NCBI GenBank assembly: GCA_043228905.1
Contig: JBHGNT010000017.1
Span: 14,756,001 to 14,820,000, forward strand
Length of the DNA stretch: 64,000 nucleotides
Source of the DNA: Azolla caroliniana
Lineage: Eukaryota > Plantae > Polypodiophyta
Direction of reading: 5' to 3'
The translations under genes and the position numbers were made by a program. The notes under the pieces are model-generated. The model saw nothing but the letters and a program-made list of their open reading frames with translations, was not told the DNA's origin and ran no database searches. This document shows, piece by piece, positions 1 through 11,990 of the stretch; the first letter of the stretch is position 1; the number at the start of each line of letters is the position of its first letter.

Positions 1-1270
1 TTGTAGTAGAACTCACTATGGGATCTCATCGGGAAACGATCGCATTCGATCTAATTTCTTCCCCTCGACATCCTGTCATTTTATGATTGTCCTGGTTAGT
101 GACGCACAATCCCACTGCGGATTGGCGTAGGCAATCCCTCGACTTCACAACTCGGATGGGCAAAGCTAATAAAAACTTCAAAGTTGTTCATGACATCGGC
201 GCTTCGCCTGGTCAGGTAAAGCCGGAGGATGACCATCCCGCTCAAGCTGCTACTACGGTCGAACATTAAACCTCAAACACGTTTGTGTTCACAAGTGGAA
301 GGATCGCACAAAAATGGAAGGATAAGGAATATTTCATTTGATTTTGGGGTTTATATACCCATTTCACAAAACACAATGATACCAATATCACACGTTCTCA
401 AAAATTCGTTGGAAAAGCTTAAAGATCCACAATTTAATGAAGTTGGAAAGTCATAAAATTTAGGCTCTGATCCAAAAGTTACAATGTGTATTTTCTTGAA
501 AAAACAAGTAATGTTTTTTTAACAAACAATCTTCATACAAAGCGACAAATTTCAAAACATAACCTTTATGTCATTCGAGTATTACAAACAAAATTTGATT
601 ACAATTTGATACCAAAATTACATTTAGGAGTTTAGGGTTTACATAAATCACTCCGTTCATGATCTAGAATCACTACTATAACTAATATACAAGGTTGATT
701 ATTCCTCGTCATCCTCAAATGTACCTATTAAAGCATTGTCTTCATTTGAAATCAGATGGTGTGATTCTAAATTATTTGTTGAAGATCTTGTAGAATCAGT
801 AATTTCTCCTTATTATGTCTATTGTTGACTTCCCTAAATGTCTAGCTTTTGTTAGCGTAAAGTCGTAAACAATAATATCCACCTCACAAATGTCAAGGGA
901 TGATGGATGATGTGTTACAAATGTTTCTTTTCCTCTTTCTATTTCCTCTTGACCTTGGACATTCCATCATCTCTAGAACACATACTTACTTGTAAATGCA
1001 TTTTTGCTTTGAGTGTTGTACCAATGCACCTTTATAGACTAGATTTGATTTTAGTTATCATGCATCACCATGTCCAAAACCTTAACAATCCAAAATTGGT
1101 GCCCTAGCTCATTATCATCAACATATGTAGCAATTAACATTCCCACCTTGAGTTCTTGCAAATTTCCTTGCCACCTAACTTTAGTTGCTTTGTCATCCTT
1201 GGTCCAACATAAATGGCTTTGTTTTAGATGGAGCAATTTGTCATTAATCGCATTAGGTGCAGGATCCTAA

Positions 1271-1490
1271 GTTTTGTTGATCATACGATCGTCGACAAGG
1301 AGTGCGCATGGTGTATCATCGGTGCACGGCTTAGAGAGCATGAGAGAGAGATTAAACCTTCATAACTTAAATTACTATAAGGATTAAAACTTAAATATAA
1401 CTAAAATATCTAAAACTATAATGAGAAAGGGAGAGAGGGCTAGTCATTAGGTATTAATTCAAAAGACAAACAAATGTTACTAACATGTTA

Positions 1491-1543
<53 letters not shown>

Positions 1544-2086
1544 TTAAAAGCAAAGCTACTACTAATTATCATTAAGATTAGGAAAGAAAAGAAATTACAT
1601 GGGGATATGGTCATGAGCAAACTAGTTTCGCCCACTATGGGGCTCATCAGTGCTAAAATGACCATTAGGGTTGGATAGGTTTATATAAGGAGTTTTAGGA
1701 GAGGGTTTAGAGAAATGACAATAGGGAGTGGGGGTGTGTGCTTATGGATATGATTTGGAAAGGGGAAGATTTGGAGAAGAAGGAAAAAGATACTATGAGC
1801 TTTAATGATCCTAAGTCACATTAAAGCTCATAGTATCTTTTTCCTTCTTCTCCAAATCTTCCCCTTTCCAAATCATATCCATAAGCACACACCCCCACTC
1901 CCTATTGTCATTTCTCTAAACCCTCTCCTAAAACTCCTTATATAAACCTATCCAACCCTAATGGTCATTTTAGCACTGATGAGCCCCATAGTGGGCGAAA
2001 CTAGTTTGCTCATGACCATATCCCCATGTAATTTCTTTTCTTTCCTAATCTTAATGATAATTAGTAGTAGCTTTGCTTTTAATCAC

Positions 2087-2123
<37 letters not shown>

Positions 2124-2339
2124 ATGTTAGTAACATTTGTTTGTCTTTTGAATTAATACCTAATGACTAGCCCTCTCTCCCTTTCTCATTATAGTTTTAG
2201 ATATTTTAGTTATATTTAAGTTTTAATCCTTATAGTAATTTAAGTTATGAAGGTTTAATCTCTCTCTCGTGCTCTCTAAGCCGTGCACCGATGATACACC
2301 ATGCGCACTCCTTGTCGACGATCGTATGATCAACAAAAC
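1271..2339. repeat. Near-perfect inverted repeat (arms 1271-1807 and 1819-2339, 11-bp spacer)
   Basis: The arms are reverse complements, differing mainly in (GA)n length and a few substitutions. The mirrored ORFs 1480..1665(-) and 1961..2170(+) have the same N-terminus. Confidence 0.95.
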
Positions 2340-3097
2340 AGAGGAGTTTCAAACTCACGAGAGTGTCATATAGATCACGTAAAGGGGATTTGCACTGTCC
2401 AGGTAGCGACGATACAATTATCAACAATTTCTTCTTGATAATTAAAGAACACATCCCACCATGAGGTATCTTGTTCTCCAACATTAATGCATATGTACCC
2501 TAAACTAACCCTATAGGTATGCTTAACTAACCTTACTTAACTTTTCCTCCTATAAATAGGTTGACCAATTATTCCTTTTTTTCCTCACTTACACACAGGC
2601 AACTAGAGAGCACACAAGAGCGCCAAAGCAAGGACGAGGACCGAGCACTCAGGACACCAACACACACCTACTCCAACGACAACTCCACATGTTGAGCAAA
2701 AAACATCTAGACCGACCCCGGGTAAGCCTAAACCCTAAAATGTATGGACATTTTGTTTCTAAACCCTAAACTGTATCGAGTAGTTGCAAGGCAAGGTAAT
2801 AACTTGATACAATGTATGGAGTTTGGACTGCAACATGATACATTGTATCAAGTTGAAGTTCCTGGATCCTCAACTCGATACAATGTATCGATTTAGGACT
2901 CCAACTCGGTACATTGTATCAAGTTGGATGTGCTCCGTGGATACATCGGCGAAAACTTGGCAAAAGGGTTCATTCGTCACTCAAAATCTCCGGCTATCAA
3001 GAACAGTACTAAGACAGAGAAGGAATTAGTACTAAAAGAAGTATTAGTACTAAGAGAGGTGAAGAACTCTCGAGAGAAGGAAAGAGTGAGTGAGAGG

Positions 3098-3140
<43 letters not shown>

Positions 3141-3421
3141 AGAAAAGATATATTATGTGAAGAGAATGTACAGTAGTAGCTAGGAGGCTTAAGATTGGCG
3201 TTGAACCGATTTGGTTCGAAATAATGCCTCGTGCCTCCTTTTATAGTGTTCTAAGGAATACTCCTGAAGTTTCTAGAATGTTCCAGAGAAATCTGGAATA
3301 TACATCAATTTTCTATAATAAAACATAAATGAAAATAATATTCTACGTATTACAATGTATGGTCTAATGGTCAAGAGCTCGACCCATGTAGCATAAGGTC
3401 ATGGGTTCGAGTCTTGCCATA

Positions 3422-6400
3422 TCATGACACTATCCCCCCTTTAAAACGACGAGTGTAACGAGTCGTTTTGGATTGAAGACCCGGTTTGTCTGGATATTGA
3501 TGATGGAAGTCTTCAAGAAGAGCACGAGTATTGGTGACATTCTCTATCAGTTCCCAAGTACGCTCACTAGGACTATATCCTAGCCAATCGACTAGATAGT
3601 AGAGCTTGTTGCGAACAATCTTGGAATCAAGGATGGCGGCAACCTCGTACTCAGGTTCATCTTCAAGCTCGATCGGGGGTGGAGGCTGTGTAATACATCC
3701 TGGGATAGTGCTCTCTTGATAGGGTTCAAGGAGAGAACTATGAAACACCGGATGTATCCGAAGTTGTGGAGGTAGATCGAGATGAAAAGCGACATCATTA
3801 ATCTTTCCTATGATACGGAAAGGACCTAATCGCCGATAATCCAACTTCTCGCATGGGCGAGTAGTCTTGATGTGTCGTCGGAGTAGCCATACCCGATCTC
3901 CAATGTTAAAACTGGATGGGAGTCGATGACGATCCGCATAAACCTTGTGTGTTTGCTGAGCTTGTTGGAGATGAGTAGATAAATCCGCTTGTATCTTGCG
4001 TAACCGCTCCAAACGATCCTCCGCACAAGGATTTGTGGACACCTCTGGGGTTTCAAGTACACACCACCGGGGGTGACATCCCGTATAAGCATAAAATGGC
4101 GTAACTTTAGTCGATGCGTGGATAGAGTTATTATAGGCAAATTCGGCGAAGTGGAGAATATCTGCCCAGTCATCCTGATGATAGCTGAGAAAGCACCGCA
4201 GGTACTGCTCCAACGTTTGATTTGTTCGTTCGGCTTGGCCGTCGGTTTGTGGGTGGTAGCCGGAGGAGAGGTTACAAGTGACCTTGAGCATTTTAAAAAG
4301 GTGCTTCCAGAATTTTGACACGAACTGGGGTCCACGGTCGTTGACGATACTATCGGGAAGTCCATGATGCTGACATACTTCACGCATGATAATTTCGGTG
4401 GTGTCTTCACTGGAGATTTCCTTAGTACATGGCAAAAAATGAGCCATCTTCGTATATCGATCTACCACTGTTAGAATCGCATTGAACCCTTTAGATACTG
4501 GAAGATCTGTGATGAAGTCTAGAGCAATGGATTGCCACGGCTTGCTTGGAATTGGTAATGGTTCTAATAAACCATATGGATGATGCCTTGACATTTTCGC
4601 TCTGCAGCATGTGTCACAAGTCCGAACAAAATCTTCGACAAATTGTCGCATACGGGGCCACTAGAATGATCGTTGTACTAAATCTAATGTTTTAGTACTA
4701 CCAAAATGCCCAGCTGTATATGTGTCATGACAATTTTGTACTACTTGAAGGCGGGAAGAACCATTAGGAACATACAAAAGTTCTTTAAAGAAGAGTAATC
4801 CATCATGGTATTTGAATTGCCGATAGTCCGTACCTGGTGGTTGCGACTGTGAACACAACGCTCGAGAGGGATCAATTTGTGCTAGTATAGCTTGGGCGAA
4901 AGCATCTGTCTTTAGGTTCGCACGTATGATATCGATAACGTGGGAATCCATGGGCATGTCAAAGACTTGTGTTGCTTGCAGTCGTGCCGGTCCCAAGATT
5001 ACTTGCTTTTGGTTATCGAAAGCTGACTCGCCGGGACGCGGTGCTAGGTACGAACGTCGTGATAATGCATCTGCTTTCCCTTGATGTTTCCCAGGTCGAT
5101 ATGTAATCTTGAAGTCGAAACGCGTGAGAAAATGGGCTCACCGAGCTTGACGTCGATTTAACACACGAGCGTCTTGAAAATAAGCGAGGTTTTTGTGGTC
5201 ACTGAATACAGTGACTTGATGAGAAGATCCCTCTAGAAAATGCCTTCATTGCATAAAAGAGTCCACTATAGCCAATAGCTCTTTATCATGAATTTCGTAG
5301 TTGATTTCGGCGGCGTCAAACTTGCGTGAGTGAAAAGCCACAAGATGTAGCTTTTCATCATTACCTCGTTGTGATAGAATGCTTCCCAATGCAAAATCCA
5401 ATGCGTCCGCTTCGATGATGAATGGTTTTTCTGGGTCAACGTGAGCTAGAATCGGAGCCGATGTAAATGCATGTTTAAGATTCTCAAAAGCCACGTCCGC
5501 TTCTTCAGACCAAACGAACAATTGTCCCTTCCTAGTAAGTTGTGTAAGAGGCAAAACGAGCTTTGAGTAATCCTTTATAAACTTCCGGTAAAAATTGGCA
5601 AAGCCTAGAAAGCATTGCACATCCCACATCGAACGCGGAGTCTGCCATTCTACCACCGTTTTGACCTTAGCTGGGTCCATGGAGATGCCTTCTGAGGAAA
5701 TGACATAGCTGAGAAATTCCACCTGGTTGCACTCGAAACTACATTTTTCTAGCTTTGCATAGAGACCATGTTCTCGAAGTCGTTTTAGTACTAACAGTAC
5801 ATGAGAATCATGCTCTTCTTGGGTCTTCGAGTAAACCAGTAGATCATCCAAATAGATGATTAGACACACATCCAAGAGATCTCGGAAAATATCATTTGTC
5901 ATGTGTTGGAAGACTGTTGGTGCATTAGTGAGGCCAAACAACATGTTTGCATACTCGAAGTGCCCATATCTGGTGCGGAACGCGGTCTTCCATTCATCTC
6001 CTGGTCGGATGCGTACGAGGTTATAAGCTCCCCGTAAGTCGATCTTCATGAAGAACCTGGCACCATTGATCCGTTCTAAAAGACTTGAGATAAGGGGGAG
6101 TGCATACCTATTTCGGATTGTAACCTTATTCAAGCCACGGTAATCTACAACGAGCCGAAGTGAGTCATCCTTTTTCTTGACGAAGAAAATGGGTGCGCCG
6201 GCTGGAGATTTCGAATGTCGTATGAAACCATTCTCCAAATTCTCCTCTATATAGGCTCGAAGGACTTCTAGTTCGGTTGGTGACAAATTGTAGATTCGTC
6301 CCCAAGGTGGCTCTTTCCCCGGTTGTAAATCAATGGGGCAATCATATGGTCAATGGTGAGGATGCGTATTGGCTTGTACTTTATCAAACACATCAGCATA

Positions 6401-6979
6401 CTGATGATACTTCTCTGGAAGTTGAATGGTGGAATCCTCTTTAGTGGTGCTGGAGGGGTTTACTGATATTGCGAAGAGGAACATTTCTTCCTTGCATCCT
6501 TCCTCACGCAACTGATGTAGTGAAATCGTTGCAATCTCATGAGTAGACCCTCGGGCTTTTCGATGCCGGATCTCTCTTGTCCGCCAATCTATGTCTGGGT
6601 TATGTAATTCGAACCATGGTAATCCTAAGACAATGGGGTGTCCTGGGATGCTAATTATATTAAATGATATGACACATGCTAGATTATCTAGGACAACATT
6701 AACGGGCTTTTACTCTTCTATGATATTTCCTGAGGCAATGGGATGACCATCGACGACTATTACAAGGGCAGGACACGGGAGTTTTCTGAGAGATATCTGG
6801 TGAGCTTGGGCAAATTTCCTATCCATGAAGCAAGAATTAGCTCCGGAATCTAGAAGTGCTAAGACATGAACTGGAGGAGTACTTTTAGTACTAACTGTTA
6901 CTTGGGCTACGAACACATTGCTAACTTGCTTAGAGGGAATGGAACCACTAATGGGATGCACAGATCTAGGGCTATCCAA
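3422..6979 (-). pseudogene. pol: pol of the nested chromovirus (PR, RT, RNase H, integrase, chromodomain) with in-frame stops
   Basis: ORFs 6710..6979 (LLDSGA), 5246..6286 (YLDD, EADA, DKELLAI), 4661..4996 and 3422..4651 (YHPQTDGQAER, LGPF, EYEVAAILDSK...WLGYSPSERTWE) share one frame and are separated by single stop codons. Confidence 0.93.
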
Positions 6980-7165
6980 CCAAACGACTCCTATTTTGGT
7001 TGGACTTAGTCGTTTAACTCTTCTTCTAACTTACTAAGGACATCAAATTTGTTCGCTAGATTTGGTCTATTAGTACTATTAGGACTATCAGATATCCCTA
7101 TTGAAATAGACTCGGGTTTAGTACAATCAAAACTAGCAACTATTTGGTTTACCTGCCTTCTTGGC

Positions 7166-8018
7166 CTATGGGAACAGTTTACCGCGATTATATGACTCCC
7201 TCGGAAAAGGTTTCACTACCACTGAGGCATAGGTAGGCTCTGATCTTGCCCTCGGAATCTGGAATTGTCGTTCCGAACGTCGTTCAAAGAGGCGGTTGTT
7301 GCATCTCACCACGCGACTAATTGCTTCTGTTAATGACTTTGGCTCTTCGGGGAAGGTCAAGAGTAAATCCTTGACATCGTTGCATAAGCCATAACGGAAT
7401 TGCTCCATCAATGCGTGATCATCCCAAGGGATATCGGCAGCGAGTAGGCGGAAATCTGCAGCTTATGCGGAAGCTGGACGATCACCTTGGCGTAATCGCC
7501 GGATTTTGTTGATTGCAGTCCTTATGCTGTCAGTATCTCCAAAACAGGCCTTTAAACTCACTTATAAATTCTTCAAAATTGTTTAATAATGGAGAATCCT
7601 TTTCCAACAATGGAGCAAACCATGCTAACGTTGAGCCACTAAGGAGAGTGCCTACTAGTCCCACTCGTGATGCATCGGTGGGATATCGAGAAGGATGCAT
7701 TTGTATCACTAAACGTACCTGATTCAAAAACCCTATAAACTGTGATCGGGTCCCATCAAATTTTGCAGGAAGACCGATCTTGGGTTCTTTGTGAATCCCT
7801 TGAGTGCTTGATCCTTGTTGTTGTAATGATATGATAGTCGCTTCGAGTTGTTGTACACGTAGTGTCAGCTCCCCGTGTTGTTGTTGTTTTTCCAGCACTA
7901 TTTGTTGAAGATCCCCCAACAAGCGATGATTTTCTTGTTCTAGTGCTACAAATTTCTCTTTTAAGCACTGGAGCTCCGAGAAAACATATTGGTATTCCTG
8001 AGCGCTAACAGATTCCAT
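7166..8018 (-). pseudogene. gag: gag of the nested chromovirus (frameshift and stop)
   Basis: MESVSAQ...coiled coil...KEPKIGLPAKFDGTRSQF...LLSGSTLAWF is retrotransposon gag-like. It continues in another frame as QFRYGLCNDVKDLL. Confidence 0.85.
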
Positions 8019-8084
8019 TTTACTAGGGAGGATAAGAGGATTAATAAGAAGATAAAAGGAAGAGGAGGAAAGGAAGATCGACCA

Positions 8085-8096
8085 AAATCGGTTCAA
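8085..8096 (-). promoter_or_regulatory. Non-tRNA primer-binding site (self-priming type)
   Basis: ttgaaccgattt lies 2 nt after the 5' LTR. It is complementary to the minus-strand LTR sequence at 8320-8309, which begins 33 nt downstream of TATAAAA (8353-8347). Confidence 0.75.
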
Positions 8097-8201
8097 ACTG
8101 TCAAGAACAGTACTAAGATAGAGAAGGAATTAGTACTAAAAGAAGTATTAGTACTAAGAGAGGTGAAGAACTCTCGAGAGAAGGAAAGAGTGAGTGAGAG
8201 G

Positions 8202-8248
<47 letters not shown>

Positions 8249-11200
8249 AGAAAAGATATATTATGTGAAGAGAATGTACAGTAGTAGCTAGGAGGCTTAA
8301 GATTGGCGTTGAACCGATTTGGTTCGAAATAATGCCTCGTGCCTCCTTTTATAGTGTTCTAAGGAATACTCCTGAAGTTTCTAGAATGTTCCAGAGAAAT
8401 CTGGAATATACATCAATTTTCTATAATAAAACATAAATGAAAATAATATTCTACGTATTACAATGTATGGTCTAATGGTCAAGAGCTCGACCCATGTAGC
8501 ATAAGGTCATGGGTTCGAGTCTTGCCATATCATGACACCGGTCGGGGCACGAATCCTATTCATCAAGAAAAAAGATGGATCCTTGTGTCTATGCGTCGAC
8601 TACTGAGGACTTAACAAGCTAACGATCCGCAATTGCTACCCAATACATTTGATTCCAGAGCTTTTGGATCACCTTTGGCTCGGACGAATATTCTCGAAAA
8701 TTGATCTATGAGGGGCTTACCCGATACGGGTTGTTCCGGTATCATGTCATGCCATTTGGGCTAACCAACGCCCCAATCATATTCCAACACATTATGAATG
8801 ATATCTTCCGTGAGTATCTTGACCAATTCATGATGGTCTATCTAGATGACATCCTCATCTACTCCCCAGATCTCGATACCCATGAGCAGCATGTCCGCCT
8901 GGTGCTGTCAAGACTTCAGGAACATGATCTTTACGCCAAATATGAGAAATGCGCATTCAAGCAGTCTTCTATAGAATTTCAAGGCTACATCATCTCTCCC
9001 AATGGTATTTCCATGGATCAACGGAAAGTGGTCGCGATTCAAGAATGGAAACCTCCCATCTGGGTAAGGGTTCTCCAAAATTGTGCAACCATTGGTTGCA
9101 CTCACCCGTAAGGACGAACCCTTCTGCTGAACATTGGTAGAATAATTTGCATTCATGGCGCTTAAATTTGCCTTTATGACCACCCCAGGACTCCTTCACC
9201 CCGACCCAACAAAGTCATTCATAGTGGAAACAGATGCGTCAGACTTTGTTATCGGCGTTATCCTCTCACAACCCAACAACGATGGGGCACACCATCCAGT
9301 AGCTTACTACTCGCATGAATTCACCAGTCCAGAGATAAACTACCCCATCTATGAAAAGGAACTTCGCAATGTCTGTTGACACCGAATCATGTTCAAACAA
9401 TCCCAATGTCTATTGACAACTGATCATATTCAAATCTTCGCAACCTATGTCCTCCAAGACGAGACCCTCCTTGTTGACAACATCGCGGCCACTGCAACTG
9501 ATCACTTTGCTCAAGAAATCAAAGCATGTTTCGAGGACTCAACTCATCGATCATAGTGAGATGACCTTGAAAAAATCTCCTTTCGAGATGAGGTACTCCT
9601 GAGGAACAATTTAGTCTACGTCCCGGAAGGATCGTGCCAAGTTCACATTCTAAATAAATGCCACGATGGTTTGCTTGCGGGCCATTTTGGGGTCACCAAA
9701 ACTTTAGAGCTAATCTCTTGGATCTATTGGTGGCCCCAAATGTGGAAGCTAGTGAAAGACTTCATCAAGATTTGTGACATCTGTGCTCAATCTAAAACAT
9801 CCCATCATTGCCCATATAGATTGCCTCAACCTCTCTCACTACCGGATCAGCCATGGTCATCCATTTCTATGGACTTCATCACTGACTTGCCACTCTCTGA
9901 GGGACATGACTCCATTTTTGGTAGTCGTGGACTGATTTACCAAAATGGTGCATTTTATACCATGTTCCAAAGCCATCTCAAGCTTAGAGACAACGAATCT
10001 AATCTTGGTGAATGTTGTGCGCCTCCATGGATTGCCTGGTGACATCGTCTCCGATCGTGGTGCCCCATTTATTTCCCATTTTTGGAAACGTCTCTTCTAT
10101 ATTCTCGACACCACCACCAAGTTGTCGATGGCATTCTATCCACAAACATATGGGCAAACGGAATGCGTAAATCAAGTACTAGAGCAATATCTTTGATGTG
10201 TAGTGAGTTACTAGCAAGATGATTGGACTACGTTCCTCCCCTTGGCTGAATTCGTTTATACTAACACCCTTCATTCATCCACCGGCACCTCCCCATTCTT
10301 TGTCAACTTTGCTTTCCAACCTCGCTTCAGCATATCCCTTCCCTTCGGTTCGGTGAACCCCTCGGTTGAAGAGCGAGCGCGTCGTCTAAAAGAAATCCAC
10401 CAAGATCTAACTCTTGAGCTTGTTAATGCGCAAGACCAACAAAAGGCAATGGCCAACCATCTACGGGCTTTGGCGCTCAACTTTCAAGTAGGTAACATGG
10501 TTTGGCTACTATGGCGCAATATTACGACCACTTGTCCATGTGGCAAGCTAGATTACACAAAATTGGGCCCCTTCCGCATCTTTGAGTGTATCAATCCTTT
10601 GGCTTATCGGCTCGACCTTCCTCCCCACTATCGCATCCATGAAGTTTTTCATATATCTCTCTTGGAGGTTTACCATCCCTCTGTACTTCCTGAGCGGCAA
10701 CCCGCTCGACCACCACCCATCGAGTTGGAGTTTGGCAATGAATATGAAGTTGAACAAATCCTCGACTCCAAGCTTCTACATCGAAAACTCTATTATTTGG
10801 TATGCTAGAAAGGATAATTGATATCTTAAGCTACTTGGAAACATCACCACCCGTTGACGAATGCAGTTGAGGCAGTTCGTGATTTCCATTTTCGTTATCC
10901 ACACAAGCATGTATTGAAGCTACTTGGGAACCTCACCACCATTTGACGAATGCAGCCGAAGCAGTTCGTGATTTCTATTTTCGTTATCCACACAAGCCTA
11001 CATTGCCTAGAAGTCAACGCTAAACAAGAGGGATAACTTCACGGACATGACACCGATCATGTCAAGATCCAAACTCATGACCTCTTGTGTTATAATGGAG
11101 TGTTATGTGTTAACCAACATGTCCAATATATAGTCATATACACATGATTGTTCCTTGCAGCTTTAAGCTAGCATCATGAGCATAATTGCTCCATTGTATT

Positions 11201-11439
11201 ATTCACACTTGGCACATGCATGCGTACATACATGCTCTAGTGTATCACATGCATGCCGCTTAGTATAAATATTTGAGTTCACCTTGAATGAATTCAAGGT
11301 TAACAACACCAGTTAATGATACTTGCCCTTAGCTTGTCAATCGTGTCTTTGTAGCGCTTTTAGGCTTGTCGATCGCATCCTTCTAGTATCCTTGTAGCTC
11401 TGATTCTTCTGTCCTTAACAAATATACTTCTAAACATTG

Positions 11440-11990
11440 ATAGTGTTCCTTAAAGAAATAAAAAATGACAAAGCGTTCTTTTTCATAAACTTTATAATTG
11501 ATCCTAACAGTGATGAATTTTCATGAGTGAAAACTACAAATGCAAATGTTCATGGTCATCTCTTCTAGCTTTGATGAGACTCTTTCAAGAGAAAGATTTA
11601 GATGTATTAGCTAGAAAAAAAATGCTTATTTAATTAAGGTGGGATAGAATAGGTGTAGATGTATATGCCTTTTTAAGGTCAAAGAATTCTTTTTCTGCAT
11701 CAATAGACCTAAAAAATAATTGGCAATACAATCCTTGCATAATATTTTATGTATTTGTGATAAAACATTGATTTCTCATATAGAACATGTGGATTGCCAC
11801 CGTTTGAACTTTAGCTAGGTCCAATGAGATACCATTAGATAAAATGGCATTGCCAATAGTTCTACTAGTTGCAACAAACTAACACCTCCAATTTTTTGTA
11901 AAGACCAAGTTCATGATGTCGTAGTTCTTTTTGTGGCTTGGAATAGGCCAAGATATCATCTATGTATATAATTACCATGATTTCTTAAAA
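11440..11990 (-). mobile_element. Highly decayed gypsy RT/RNase H remnant
   Basis: Minus-strand pieces IMVIIYIDDILAYSK, ILSNGISLDLAKVQTV, FDLKKAYTSTPILSH and FHS*KF...INYKVYEKE are colinear with the pol of the 2995-8537 element. Confidence 0.8.

Larger units (their letters stand above)
2995..8537 (-). mobile_element. Full-length Ty3/gypsy chromovirus LTR retrotransposon (Tcn1/Tf1-like), 5-bp TSD
   Basis: LTRs 8099-8537 (5') and 2995-3429 (3') are almost identical, TG...CA (one terminal base mutated at 2996). TSD ccggc 2990-2994 / ccggt 8538-8542. PPT aaaggggggatag next to the 3' LTR. Order is gag-PR-RT-RH-INT-chromodomain. Confidence 0.97.
1..11420 (+). mobile_element. Older degenerate Ty3/gypsy chromovirus (5' part outside window), interrupted by the 270-2920 block and the nested 2995-8537 element
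   Basis: Protease end at 3-150 (PVIL*LSWLVTHNPTADW). RT starts at 2924 (LDVLRGYIGENLAKGFIRHSKSP) and resumes at 8538 (GARILFIKKKDGSL...MPFGLTNAP...VYLDDILIYS). RNase H ETDAS in 9155-9379, integrase 9671-10500, chromodomain EYEVEQILDSK ~10740. Purine tract ~11022-11036, then 3' LTR ~11038-11420. Many stops and frameshifts. Confidence 0.9.

Noticed and set aside
2729-2770. Interstitial telomere
   Set aside because: Only two isolated aaaccctaaa motifs, not an array.
3355-3429. Functional tRNA gene
   Set aside because: No acceptor or anticodon stem; reported only as a tRNA-like promoter module.
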